Positions 52,610 to 64,000 of a stretch of DNA of 64,000 nt are shown here, piece by piece. The notes below the pieces were generated by a model that saw nothing but the letters and a program-made list of their open reading frames with translations, was not told the DNA's origin and made no database searches. The stretch spans positions 27,900,001-27,964,000 of the forward strand of contig NC_043008.1 in assembly GCF_006345805.1 (NCBI RefSeq). The letters run 5' to 3'. Origin of the DNA: Octopus sinensis. Lineage: Eukaryota. A program made the translations under genes and the position numbers. How positions within the stretch are numbered: the first letter of the stretch is position 1; every line of letters begins with the position of its first letter.

Positions 52610-53843
52610 AAATCCGGGTGACATATATTTCATAGCAAGTGGAACGTCGGAATTAGTAATTATCCATGCGAGGTGTATAATACAACTACTCATGACAGGG
52701 GTGTCTCGATTATATGATGCTCACAATGCCAGTAGGAGACTCATGGAAAGACACGGATGATTCAATCAAAGTGCATAGTAGGCACAGCTTGAATGTGGAA
52801 TATAGTTGTGAAGAGAAATTACGAATATAAGAGAAGACAAAAGAAAATATATATGGGAATGGGAAAGTTTACTAGTAAAGAGTTCAAGCGGGTTACTTTA
52901 ACAGAAGGTTTTCAATGGGGCTATTTATACAGAATTAGAGAGAGTTAAAAAGGGAATGGCATTTGAATAAGATATTATTGAGAGAAGGGAAGCGGAGCAG
53001 GTGGCCCATAATATATCTGTAGTCAATGGAGAGAACGAGCCGATACTTATCGGCTCATGCAGAGATAGAAGAGTGCGCATCGAACGCCACCCATCCTTTT
53101 CCAAGTAAGTTCATCTTAATAATTACGATGCGTAGTCTTCTATCTCTATTATCGCTTCTCTATCTCTCCCTCTCTTGTTCTTCATCCTTTCTGGTTTTCT
53201 CTCCTACCCTTCCCTATTCTTCTCCTCTCCTCTTCGCCGTCCCCTCTCTCGCACTCCTCCTCCTCCTCCTCGACTCTGTCGTCGCTGACACATGACGAAA
53301 GAGAATCTATCTTTCTGCCAAATTCCTTCCTAAAGGCAACACGTGCTGATACCTGCCTCTTCTCATAAGCTCGTTTTCCTAACGTTTATAATAATTTTTC
53401 TATCGTCTGGCTTAACAGATCCTAATCATTTGTTTTTATCCTTTTGCTCTCACTGTCTTGTTCTTCTTACCACTTTCACCTTCTGCAAAAAATCGCAAAT
53501 TTCATTTAATTTGCTTTGCGGGAAGGGTTGTCTCAATGAAGTCACGTTTTGTCCTTGCCTTCGTACGCGTAGTTGATTAAACCGGGAAAAGTGATGAAGG
53601 GGAATATTCTTTATTCCATGTCTCGTGTCTTCGTTTTTTTTTCGTTTCTAATGCTTTTGTTTTTATGTTTTCGTTTCTCATTGTGTTCAACATTTTTTGG
53701 ATGTCCTGTACCCATATATGCATGCATATATATATATATATAAAGTTAATCCAAACAAGAAAACAAAAACAAAAATCAACAACGCAAGGACGTGGAACAA
53801 ATAAAGTATTTTTGGACGCTTAGGAAAGAAGGGAAGAAGGAGG

Positions 53844-53878
53844 GTTTGACGTTTCGAGCGGAGCTCTCCGTCGGAAAC
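53844..53878 (-). ncRNA. Hammerhead-like motif with variant core
   Basis: GUUU-CCGACGG-A-GAGC-UCC-GCUC-GAAAC-GUC^-AAAC. Helices are intact; U4 is changed to C and A9 to G. Confidence 0.5.
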
Positions 53879-55635
53879 ATAGGAGCAGGAAAGATCTCGA
53901 GAAGGGAAGACAGGGGAAAAAAATTGCTAGTGATACAGACGAGGTCACATACTAAAAGACCGAAAGAGTAAAAGTAGAACAATGTTTTTTAAAAGACAGG
54001 AGAGCTATATCAAAGACAGTATGGTAAATAAAGTGAGAGGGGGGTGTAGTGCGAACGGAGAGGTCAGCGTGTGCGCGTGTGTGTGTATGTGTGAAATGAG
54101 GACACGTGTGTGTACGCGTATGGCGAACAACTGGCTAGCAGGCAAGTAGTAAGAATTAAGGAGTGGTGTTTAGGGTCCAATCGCAGGTCAAAAACAAAGA
54201 GATATGTGTGTGTGCATGTATGTATATGTATCGTGTGTGCGTTTTGTTTGTAGTATGTGTGTGTATGTGTGTGTTTTTTGTGTGTATGCGTGGAGTTTGT
54301 GTGTGTGTCGAGTAACTGTGCTTAACTTAGTGTATGTGTGGGTGTGTGCTTGTACGTGCGTGTGTGTATATATATGTATGTATAATTGTGTTCGTGTATG
54401 TATGTGTGCGCGTGTATGTATAGTTGTGTGCCGTGTGTATGGGATGTATGTATGGGTTCAATTGTGTGTGTGTGTATGTATGTGCGTGTAGTTGTGTGTG
54501 CGTGTATGTGTGCGTTTGTATGTGTGAGTGTAAGCGTATATGGATGTATATGCGTGTATCCGTGGGGTTGTGAGTTTTTTTCGCGCGTGTGCGTGCGTAT
54601 GTGTGCGCATGTTTTGGTGTGCGTATGTATGTGTGTGTCTGTGCTTATATGTGTGTACGTATGTGTATGTGTGCCTGCGCGTGTAGGTATATATTGTGTG
54701 TATGTATATGTGTCGGTGTGTATGTGAATTAGTGTGTTTGTACGTATGTGTATGTGTGCGTGCGCGTGTAGGTATATATTGTGTGTATGTATATGTGTCG
54801 GTGTGTATGTGAATTAGTGTGTTTGTACGTGTGTATGTGTGTGTGCGTGTATTGTATATATATATGTAAATGTGTGTGTGTGCGTGTGTGTGTACGTGCG
54901 TGGGTGTGAATGTATGTATATATGTGCGTGTGTGTACAAATGTAGGGTTTTATATGTGTGTTTATATGTTTATATGTGTTTATATAGATGTATGCAAACA
55001 CACACTTTATAATTGAACGATTAATGGAAAGAAAACACTTTTGGTGTGGGTGTATGTGAATCCACAGGTACACACACGCACTGACACACGCATGCAATTC
55101 AGCCAACCCCATATGCATATATATGTATGTATGTATGCATGTATGTATGGATGTGTGTGTATGTATGTGTGTGTATGTGTGTGTGTATATATGTGTGTGT
55201 ATGTTTGTATGTATGTGTGAGTGTGTATGTGTGTATGTCTGTTTGTATGCATGCATGTATGTGTGTGTATGTGTGTTTATGTATGCATGTGTGTATGTAT
55301 GTATGTATGTGTGTGTGTATGTATGCATGTGTGTATGTGTGTATGTGTGTAAGTGTGTGTGTGTATGTATGTATCTATGTATTTACGTATGTATGTATGT
55401 ATGTATGTGCGTGTATGTATGTATGTGTGCATGCGTGTATGTGTGTGTATGTATGTATGTATGTATGTGTGCAAGCGTGTATGTCTGTATGTGTATGTAT
55501 GTATGTATGTATGTATGCGTGTGTATGTGTGTATGTATATGTGTATGTGCATATGTGTGTGTATGTATGTGTGTATGTATGTATGCGTGTTTGTGTGCAT
55601 GTATGTGTGTGTATATGTGTGCATGTGTGTGTATG

Positions 55636-57322
55636 TTAGTTAGTTAGTTAGTTAGTTAATTTGGCTCAAAAGCAAATAGCAAAGCCATGTAGGGGGACAT
55701 GGAGTTAAGTACAGGCTGGTGTTCATGTAAAGAGTTCAGGCCACTTGAGGTCCAGGGAGGCTTTGAACAAAGCGGTCGTCGGCATCTTCACCATCTCGTC
55801 TGGCAGCTTGTTCCACGGATCCGCAACCCGGACGGAGAACGCTCCTCTCCTTCGATTGAGATGAAATCGTCGCAGGTAGCTTTTCGGAATGACCCCGCAG
55901 CCAACGCTCTGGAGCAGGAGTGAAGAACAGCTCTTTCGAGAGGTTACACTTTCCGCTTATGATGTTGTGGGCGAGAATGAGATCACTACGGCGGCGGCGT
56001 TTTTCTAGAGAATAAAGGTCGAGCGTCCTCAGCCTTTCTTCGTAGGACAAATTTTTGAGACCATGAACCATGCAGGTAGCCAGCTTCTGGACTCTTTCGA
56101 GATGCTGTATGTCTTTGAGGAGATAAGGAGAAGAGGCTTGAATCCCGTACTCCAATATGGGTCTCACCAGCGTGACATATAGTGGTAGGAATATGGCTGC
56201 TGTGAGCATTCCGAATGACCGTCGAATCAAGAACAGAATTCCGCGTGCTTTGTTGGCAGCATGGACGCACTGGGCCGAAGGCGAAAAGGAGGAATCCACC
56301 AAGATACCTAGGTCCTTTACCTGATCGGTCCTCTCCAGCAGCAGACGACCCGGCTCGAAATCAAGTTGAGTTGCAGGAGTAGAGCCGACAGGCAGATGAC
56401 AGCACTTTGACACGTTCAGACACAGGTCCCAATCGTTAGACCACTTCCAAATTTGGTGGAGGCATCGACGAAGATCCTCTATATTACCGCGAGGAGCGAC
56501 CAGTTTGATATCGTCGGCAAATAGAAGGGTGTGTTGCGTGAGGTCGTCAGGCAAATCATTTATGAAGACTAAGAACAGCAAGGGCCCAAGCACTGAACCT
56601 TGAGGCACGCCACTGCTCGCACTGGAGACGTCGGACCGCGAACCATTAACTTGGACTTGGAAGGAGCGATCTGAGAGGAAGGCACCAACCCATCGTACAA
56701 TATCCGGATGGAAACTATATGCTTGAAGCTTGACAAGTAATAGGCGGTGGTTTACCGAGTCGAAAGCTTTGGCAAAGTCCAGTAAAACGATGTCAACAGC
56801 ATCACTATCATCGAGGATGCGCGTCACCAATTCTTCCATTACTAGTAAGTTGGTCAAGCATGATCTCTTCGGCACGAAGCCGTGTTGGGAATCAGAGATA
56901 GAGGCTGTGTTTAGGAGGTGGAGCATCATATTTTTCTTAAGGATGGTTTCGAACATCTTGCTGATTATTGATGTAAGGGAAACCGGTCGGTAGTTAAGCG
57001 GGTCTTCGCAGCTCCCTTTCTTGAAAATTGGGCAGATTATCGCTGTTCTCCAGTCTGCCGGTATAACACCCGTCGCCAATGAAATATTGAATAGTCGTGT
57101 TAAGGGCTCGCAGATGACCGGAGCCAACGCTTTGATAACCCGTGGGTGTATGCCGTCAGGGCCGTGACCCTTGTTGACATCGAGGCCTTGAATAACACGT
57201 TTGATTTCGTCCAGCGTGATGACCAATCGAAGCAATGGAGGTACCGATCTATCAAATGGAGGGGGTTCACGACCATCATCTTGTTTGAAAATAGTTGAAA
57301 AAGCCTCGGCAAATAATTGGTG
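55636..57322 (-). mobile_element. 5'-truncated CR1-clade LINE
   Basis: RT ORF and an (AACT)n tandem tail at about 55636-55660, inserted in a CA/TG-rich tract. Confidence 0.85.
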
Positions 57323-57325
57323 CAT
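55736..57325 (-). CDS. CR1-type reverse transcriptase fragment
   Basis: GPDGIHP, W..A...PIFKKG, NYRPVSLTS, QHGF..KRSCLTNL, DFAKAFDSVNH, GVPQGSVLGPLLF, LFADDIKL. Apparent frameshift near the C-terminus; the ATG comes from flanking repeat. Confidence 0.9.
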   Translation of the reverse strand: MHQLFAEAFSTIFKQDDGREPPPFDRSVPPLLRLVITLDEIKRVIQGLDVNKGHGPDGIHPRVIKALAPVICEPLTRLFNISLATGVIPADWRTAIICPIFKKGSCEDPLNYRPVSLTSIISKMFETILKKNMMLHLLNTASISDSQHGFVPKRSCLTNLLVMEELVTRILDDSDAVDIVLLDFAKAFDSVNHRLLLVKLQAYSFHPDIVRWVGAFLSDRSFQVQVNGSRSDVSSASSGVPQGSVLGPLLFLVFINDLPDDLTQHTLLFADDIKLVAPRGNIEDLRRCLHQIWKWSNDWDLCLNVSKCCHLPVGSTPATQLDFEPGRLLLERTDQVKDLGILVDSSFSPSAQCVHAANKARGILFLIRRSFGMLTAAIFLPLYVTLVRPILEYGIQASSPYLLKDIQHLERVQKLATCMVHGLKNLSYEERLRTLDLYSLEKRRRRSDLILAHNIISGKCNLSKELFFTPAPERWLRGHSEKLPATISSQSKERSVLRPGCGSVEQAARRDGEDADDRFVQSLPGPQVA

Positions 57326-57879
57326 GTATGTATGTGTGTGTGTATGTGTATGTTTGTGTGTGTGTATGTATGTATGTATGTATGTATGGATGAATGCTTG
57401 AATGTATGTATGTGTTTGTACATATGTATGTGTGTGTGTGTGTTAAAGTATGTCTGTGTGCGTGGGGTTTCCCCTGGAGTTGTGTGGGCGTAATTTCCAT
57501 GCGCGTGACGTGCGTGTATGTGTGTGTGCTTCTCTGCTAGGTGTTTATAAATGTGTGCGTATCTGTGTGAGTATTGTTTGTTGCTGTGTGTGCACGGGCA
57601 TATGTGCGTGTGCGTGGGTGTGTGTGGGTGGGTGTATAGGTGTAGAAGTATGTGTGCGAACATGTGCGTGTAGGTTGTATGTGTGTGGTGTGTTGGATAG
57701 TGTGTTCGTGGAAACGTGAGTATGTGTGTGTGTGTTCCTGTATAAGGATAAAAAACGGGGGGAGAAAGAGAGGTGGAGCGCAGTCCCTAAGAGGAGGGGG
57801 CTGTGTTGAGTCCGTGTGGGGTATTAGTTTGTAGAGTGAAGATGAAACGTTGCTCCAAGTGAAGCCTGGATTGTGGAGG

Positions 57880-58235
57880 ACCGTTGTGTGTATATGTCTG
57901 TCTGTATGCAGATTAAACACACAGATGTCATCGGTGGAATGGCTGGCCGAGCGGGAGTGACGTGCGACGGGAGAAAAGGGCCGTAGACGAACATCGCTAA
58001 GATGTTCGGCGAATCGGTCTGACAACCGGCGTCCCGTCTGTCCTATATACAGCATTCCGCAGAGGTTGCATTTAATGCAGTATATGAGGCCAGACGAAGT
58101 GTGCATAAAAGAATGTCTGATACGTACAGTTCGGTGGTTGGAGCCAGTGACAGAAGTGGTGTTGGTGATGAAGGGGCAGGTGTTGCAGCGGGATCTAGAG
58201 CACGGGAATGATCCGTGTAGGGCTGAGGGGGTATA
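57880..58235 (-). pseudogene. Penelope GIY-YIG endonuclease fragment
   Basis: PCSRSRCNTCP linker, then LIYCIKCNLCGMLYIGQTGRRLSDRFAEH..PVARH. Confidence 0.85.
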
Positions 58236-58338
58236 TATACATATATATATATAGATATGTATATGATATTATGTAATATATATATATAATATTATATATA
58301 TCTTATATATATATATATAATATATATATATAATGTAT

Positions 58339-58390
<52 letters not shown>

Positions 58391-58549
58391 GTATTATATA
58401 TAGATATATATTATATATGTAATGTAATATATATATATATATAATATATATATATATATGTATATATCATATATATATGTATATATATATGTATATATAT
58501 AATATATATAGTATATATATATGTATATATATATATATATATATAGATG

Positions 58550-58581
<32 letters not shown>

Positions 58582-58638
58582 AAGTATATAGTATATATAT
58601 ATATGTATATATAATATATATATATATATATATCTATA

Positions 58639-58680
<42 letters not shown>

Positions 58681-58753
58681 GTATTATATATATATATATA
58701 TGTATTATATATATATATATATATATGTTATATATAATTATAATATATGTATA

Positions 58754-58784
<31 letters not shown>

Positions 58785-58788
58785 TATA

Positions 58789-58828
<40 letters not shown>

Positions 58829-58860
58829 TATGTGTAGGTATGTATATATATGTGTGTATA
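58235..58860. repeat. Long degenerate (TA)n tract
   Basis: Direct reading. Confidence 0.95.
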
Positions 58861-58894
58861 TATGCTTATATTTATATTTTAGTTATATTATTAT

Positions 58895-59075
58895 ATGATC
58901 GAACGCCACGCATCCTTTCCAAGTAAGTTGGCGCTGGATCTTTCCTTCTCCTATGTTTCCGACGAAGAGCTCCGCTCGAAACGTTAAACCCTCTTTCTTT
59001 CCTTCTTTCCTGAGCGTCCAATAATACTATATTTGTTCCACGTCCTCGCGTTTTTGTGCTTTCTTGTTTGGATTA

Positions 59076-59090
<15 letters not shown>
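58895..59090 (+). mobile_element. Penelope pLTR copy inverted relative to about 53730-53900
   Basis: Reverse-complement match ending in (TA)n. Contains GUUU-CCGACGA-A-GAGC-UCC-GCUC-GAAAC-GUU^-AAAC at 58955-58989. Confidence 0.75.
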
Positions 59091-59118
<28 letters not shown>

Positions 59119-59852
59119 GCTTGGCATGCAATTGTATGTTTTCTTGAAAGATAAGAATTTATTCTAAAACTTTGAGTCTATATATTACATTTACTTTTAC
59201 TTTTTGGGTTAACTAGTTTTCTTTTCTTTTGTAAATTTCTAATGATCAGTGAATTTATTTCATTTCTGTTTCTACAATTTCTTCATGAAGCATTATCTAT
59301 TTGTTGCGCAGGTGCGATGAATTGGTGTTGCATTGTTTGTCCTTGTCATGAACCATTTATTACTCTACTAGCATATAGCTAGTTGTACCAAGAATCTGTA
59401 GAATTCGTATTTAGTTTATTTTTGAATCATATTCTTCCTTTGTTAAGGTATTTTTTCTGGTTTATGGAAATTCAAAGACTCGCCTCTGAATGAAATTTCA
59501 GTTTAGAAATATGTTATATGCTTTCATCCCACATTCCCGTGTATATATAGAAGTTTGATGTAAAGTTTTGGAAATATTACAGTATTACAGAAATTATTCA
59601 CTTATTTGTAATACAGGAATCTCTCATTTTGCGAAAGTAATGGATTCTGAAATATTGTGCGCAACGCGAAGCTCCTCAAAGTGAACTTTATTTTTCGATT
59701 GATTTGCATATTATCAGGTAAGATTGCATTTATATGGACAAAACATGTACAATGATAACACTGCCAATCATTTAAAGTCAAAAGCCACAAGTGCCGGTGC
59801 CTGGTACTGCATCAGAGCGTATTATTATTATTATCATTATTATTATTATTAA

Positions 59853-59892
<40 letters not shown>

Positions 59893-59896
<4 letters not shown>

Positions 59897-60212
59897 GTTT
59901 GACTTTTGATTTATGTCTGTACAAGTTGGCTCCAAGTTTCACCCAGAGACCTCAAGAGACAACAGGTTGGAAGTTCTGTGCCATATATTTGAGTTTTTTT
60001 TTTTTTGGTGTTGTACTAGTGAATGTCTAATACATAAAAAAAAAAAATAAATAAATAAAAAAAAAGTTTGTTTTAAACCTTGGGATTACATAGAGAGTAT
60101 TTTGCGTAGGATATGAGCAGTTCCCATGAGCACTATCTTTTGAATTTCTGCCATTTTGGGGTTTCCTGGTATCTGAGTTAGGTAGCAATCAGTCCCTTTC
60201 GGTATCGTTCCC

Positions 60213-60213
<1 letters not shown>
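59893..60213 (-). mobile_element. R4/Dong 3' fragment in an (ATT)n tract
   Basis: Close match to about 34211-34520, with (ATT)n on both sides. Confidence 0.8.
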
Positions 60214-60273
<60 letters not shown>

Positions 60274-62499
60274 GTTGTTGTTGTTATTATTAATATTATT
60301 ATTATCATTACTATCATTATTATTATTATTATTATTATTATTAATATTATTTTTATTTTTATAATTATTATTATTTACCAGTTTTCATATTTCACGTAAC
60401 ATCTGTCACACTATTGCTATTACTTCTAGTCCGAAAACTACTGTCACTTCTTTTACTATAACTAGATAGATAGATTCACTTCTTTACTATCACATTTATC
60501 ATGCTGTTCTAAACGATATCAAAAGACTTTACTAAAGAGTAGACTTGTTGATTTCAACTAAATATGTTTTAAGGATCCAAATACAAGCTCCTGGCAATGG
60601 CAACAAGTACAACTGACAAATATACTTAAGAATATGTGTGCAACACTGAAACCAATATATGCTGGCCAACACTTGGGCCCCGATCCAAATTCACTGACAT
60701 CTTTCTAATTCGCAGTTTACGTTATGTGAGACGGAAATTTTAAGCACAAAATAAGAACAGTCACTATATGCTCTTGAATGGGTAGTATGTGCCTTCTATG
60801 TTGTAGTGACTCTTTTCCCGCTTTTTTTTTTTTTTGTGAAACTGTCCCTTAGTCATGGTGATTTTGCTTTTGGTGTACAATTTAATTCAGTGGTAACCTC
60901 TTCAATCACCAGTGCTTATATGCTACAACACTTGTCCGAATAGCAATAAGTGACTTCAGTTTGTTGATTTTGCTACTCTTGTTGCGACATCATTCGAAGA
61001 ATCACGGGTGCTTTTTAATCGTTTCTCTAATGTCAGCAAATATTTTGGTCTCAACATCAGCACTAGCAATCAAACGTATAAAGCAGGTTCGTAATCTCCC
61101 TAATACTCCAATTATTATCGGTGACAAAATAGTAAAGTATATAACAACATTCACGTATCTGGTAGGAGAATACACTCGGTTGCCTGTCTTCATGAAATGG
61201 TCAAATGCGTAGAAAGTGTTACCGTTTCATTTGGCAAGCCCGTCACCAACTGTGGTGAAACAAAGCACTAATGCCTATTATCAATCACGTGGCAAGCTGC
61301 TTCATGTCTTTCATAAGCATTATCTGTGAGCCATTTCTTAAAGAGAATTTTAAATACCGACTAATGTTGAAAAATATATATTGGTGATATTGAGTCTTTG
61401 GTAAAATGAGTGATGACAGAATTCCAAAATTCCTCATGTATAATTAGTTCGATGATGGAAGAAGAAACAGAGGTATATCATAGCTTAGATGTGGGGATAA
61501 TCTTAGACAGATTTTAAAAAGAAGCAGTCACCCGCAATGAATTCAGGTTAAATTGCTATAAAGCCATAAAGAACTCTAAACTTGGCCGTTTAGAACAAGG
61601 AACAAAGACGAAATTTTACAGTAACATACTATCAGCTTTGCAGAACAATCTACTCTTATCTTCAGTCTGTGCATTCTTCTATAAATCGTTTGTTGGATTA
61701 ACGTTTCATAAGAGACATTCGTATCGAAGAAAATACAATAAACAAAATCACTGTTAGGATATCAAAAGTTGAAATCTGAGAGAACACATTGTATGTGAAT
61801 GAGTGGGCTTGTGTGAATGAGAGTGTGCATATGTTTTATGTATGTGTAGTTATGAAGTGACTATTACATTTGGATGATATGATAATAATGTTGATTTATT
61901 TAGCGCAACTTTGTGAATGTCGACGCGGTGTATATGGTATTGAGTTTTGATAACTTTTCGAAATACTTAGAGAGTTACTAACTAATTAGAATGGCATTAA
62001 GCTAATTTTTCAATTTGATGTATATCATTAATTATTTCATTGAAAAATAACATATTAAAATTACAAGCATCAAAATTCGCTATTTCAGATTGGAAGATTT
62101 TATCAAAATAAAAAATAATTAGTTTCGTGTAATATTAGATATGTCCTTCAGAACATCGAATTAGGTTTACCACAAAACAAATGATTTTACGGTCTGAAGG
62201 TTGTAGGTAGCCTGTTACTAAGTTTCTAACCTATATCTTTCTTCTTTCTATTGCCTTGTGACACCTTTTGCATAACAGCGTCTATATTTGCAGTCAGGAA
62301 TCGAGACACTCATGTCAATTTTCCAATAAAATGAATTGTTTTTCACTAAATGTCATACAAAAAAATATTCATGTACGTTAATTATGAGAATTCATTGAAA
62401 ATATTGAATGTACCCACCGTCTTTACTCCCGTTCTCCGCATCATCCTGAAAATTTCTTGGTCTGTTAATATCATCTAACATATATTCTTTTATTTGTTT

Positions 62500-62715
62500 C
62501 AGTCATTTACTGTGGCCATGCAGGAGCACCACCTTTTGTCGACCAAATCAACCCCATGACTTATTCTTTGTAAGCCTAGTACTTATTCTATCGGTCTGTT
62601 TTGCCGAATCGCTAAGTTACGGGGGCGTAAACACACCAGCATCGGTTGTGAAGCGATGTTGGGGGGACAGACACAGACACACCAACATATACACACACAT
62701 ACATATATATATCGC
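62500..62715 (-). mobile_element. SINE-like interspersed repeat
   Basis: Resembles an abundant cephalopod SINE-type repeat as I recall it, and shares GGTTGT.AAGCGATG with about 7100-7130. The family name was not verified. Confidence 0.55.
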
Positions 62716-64000
62716 CTGCCATCCATGAGCATGAGGTGAACACGTTCAATGTTTTTCCTTTGTGATAGCCGTTGCAGTAAGTATAGATCTTGGATCATCT
62801 TCTGTTGATAATGCTGAAATGTCAACACCCTCATTGAGCAAGTATGCCAGCATAAATGTCATTGGAGTCTATAAACCTTTTCTACAGCACAGACGTATGT
62901 GGATCGCAAATGTCACTAGGTTGAATAGTAAACATCATTTGGTCACATTCCGTGAGAGTTACTCGGTCCTTCTATGAACCTTTCTGCAGGTACTTGGTAA
63001 CAACCGCGATGCTAAATTTTATCCATTTTGAAGAGAAATCGAGCAGTCACTTTTGAATTTTTTTTGTACAGATATGTTTCAGTTTGCTTGGCAGGAAACA
63101 ACACACTTATCTATAAGAGGAGATAGAAGAGTTATTCATCCAAGAGTTTACGGCTTCAGCATCATTCCTTTGCAGGAATCCTCCAACGTTTTCAGCCCAC
63201 CCTCATAAGACATTGCTGGAACTTTTCATTATCTAGTCAAATACAATTGAGTGATTACCTATAGTATATACAGTATATAAAATATTACTTTATATGACAT
63301 ATATATATATATATGTGTGTGTGTGTATGTGTGTATGTGTGAGTGTGTGTGTGTGTATATGTATGTATGTGTGTATGGGTGTTGTGTGTGTTTGCGTGTA
63401 TCCGATTAATGAAAGAGATGGAAGATGGAATATACTAGAATGTTTGTTGATCACTGCAATCACATAGTCCCATCAAGTATCGATCCCGCGCGGATGGGAT
63501 AATGCACGAGTGGTTTAGCTCTATCCCTCGGTCTAATGTGTCTCATCGGGTGATTACAAGAAGCATTTCGTTAAAATAAACTCTGTTTCACACAACTTAC
63601 TACTGAATGATTTCTTCTTGCTCTCCGTAGATAGAAATGGACAATTGACGGATACTACTTCATTTATGTAGATCAATAACAAAATAAGATACATAAAGTA
63701 ACAAATACACAATAAAGCGAAATCTGCTATTAGTAGATGTGTGCGCTTTTGGGTATACACTTTTATAATACATGATGGGTATCTGCAATTCATGGCATAA
63801 AGTGGTGGATACGAATAAAACAGTAGATAACATGTAATTAGCACATACATAACAAGTGATCGAAGTCTTTTTAACAAGTCGCATAGATTCATATTTAAAA
63901 TCATAAGTACTCATACATATCTGAGTCACATACTTTCATTATCTTCTCAGGTCTTTCAATCATTCTTTTTCATTAACTCTCTTCTATTACATTTGGGCAT

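Larger units (their letters stand above)
53730..58240 (-). mobile_element. Penelope-like element 3' fragment (GIY-YIG, CA-rich 3' region, pLTR) interrupted by a CR1 LINE
   Basis: GIY-YIG remnant at the right end. pLTR with an HHR-like motif at about 53740-53900, ending in (TA)n. Confidence 0.7.

Noticed and set aside
60961-61240. 83-aa ORF
   Set aside because: It resembles a short decayed LINE RT C-terminus (PIIIG..V..FTYL) but is too degenerate to assign, and it is not a host gene.
62730-63230. Possible host exon or Helitron helicase remnant
   Set aside because: Short peptide-like frames are interrupted by stops, with no convincing splice pair or diagnostic motif.

Overview
AT-rich, repeat-saturated eukaryotic (animal) DNA. 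The SINE and repeat families resemble those I associate with octopus genomes, but that is inference. No prokaryotic features, no CRISPR and no confidently identified host gene. The dominant structure is a 13.7-kb tandem array (11174-24839) of a ~481-bp non-coding monomer, 28 full copies plus one partial. Every monomer carries a readable type I hammerhead ribozyme (HHR) on the minus strand, and the array ends in an inverted, circularly permuted near-monomer. The array directly abuts a young, 5'-inverted Penelope-like retroelement (GIY-YIG ORF) whose inverted pseudo-LTRs also carry HHRs. A second, unrelated ~480-nt HHR monomer with the same architecture lies at 155-892. A tRNA-headed SINE with an (AAT)n middle and an HHR-derived tail recurs as head-to-head pairs, and its (AAT)n tracts host R4/Dong-type LINE insertions, one nearly full length. 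Also present: two more Penelope copies, a 5'-truncated CR1 LINE, Helitron and mariner remnants, SINEs and many microsatellites. Best candidate system: retrozyme-like, self-cleaving ~480-nt RNAs mobilised by Penelope machinery into (TA)n tracts. Ribozyme activity, circular RNA and the mobilisation mechanism are inferred, not shown.
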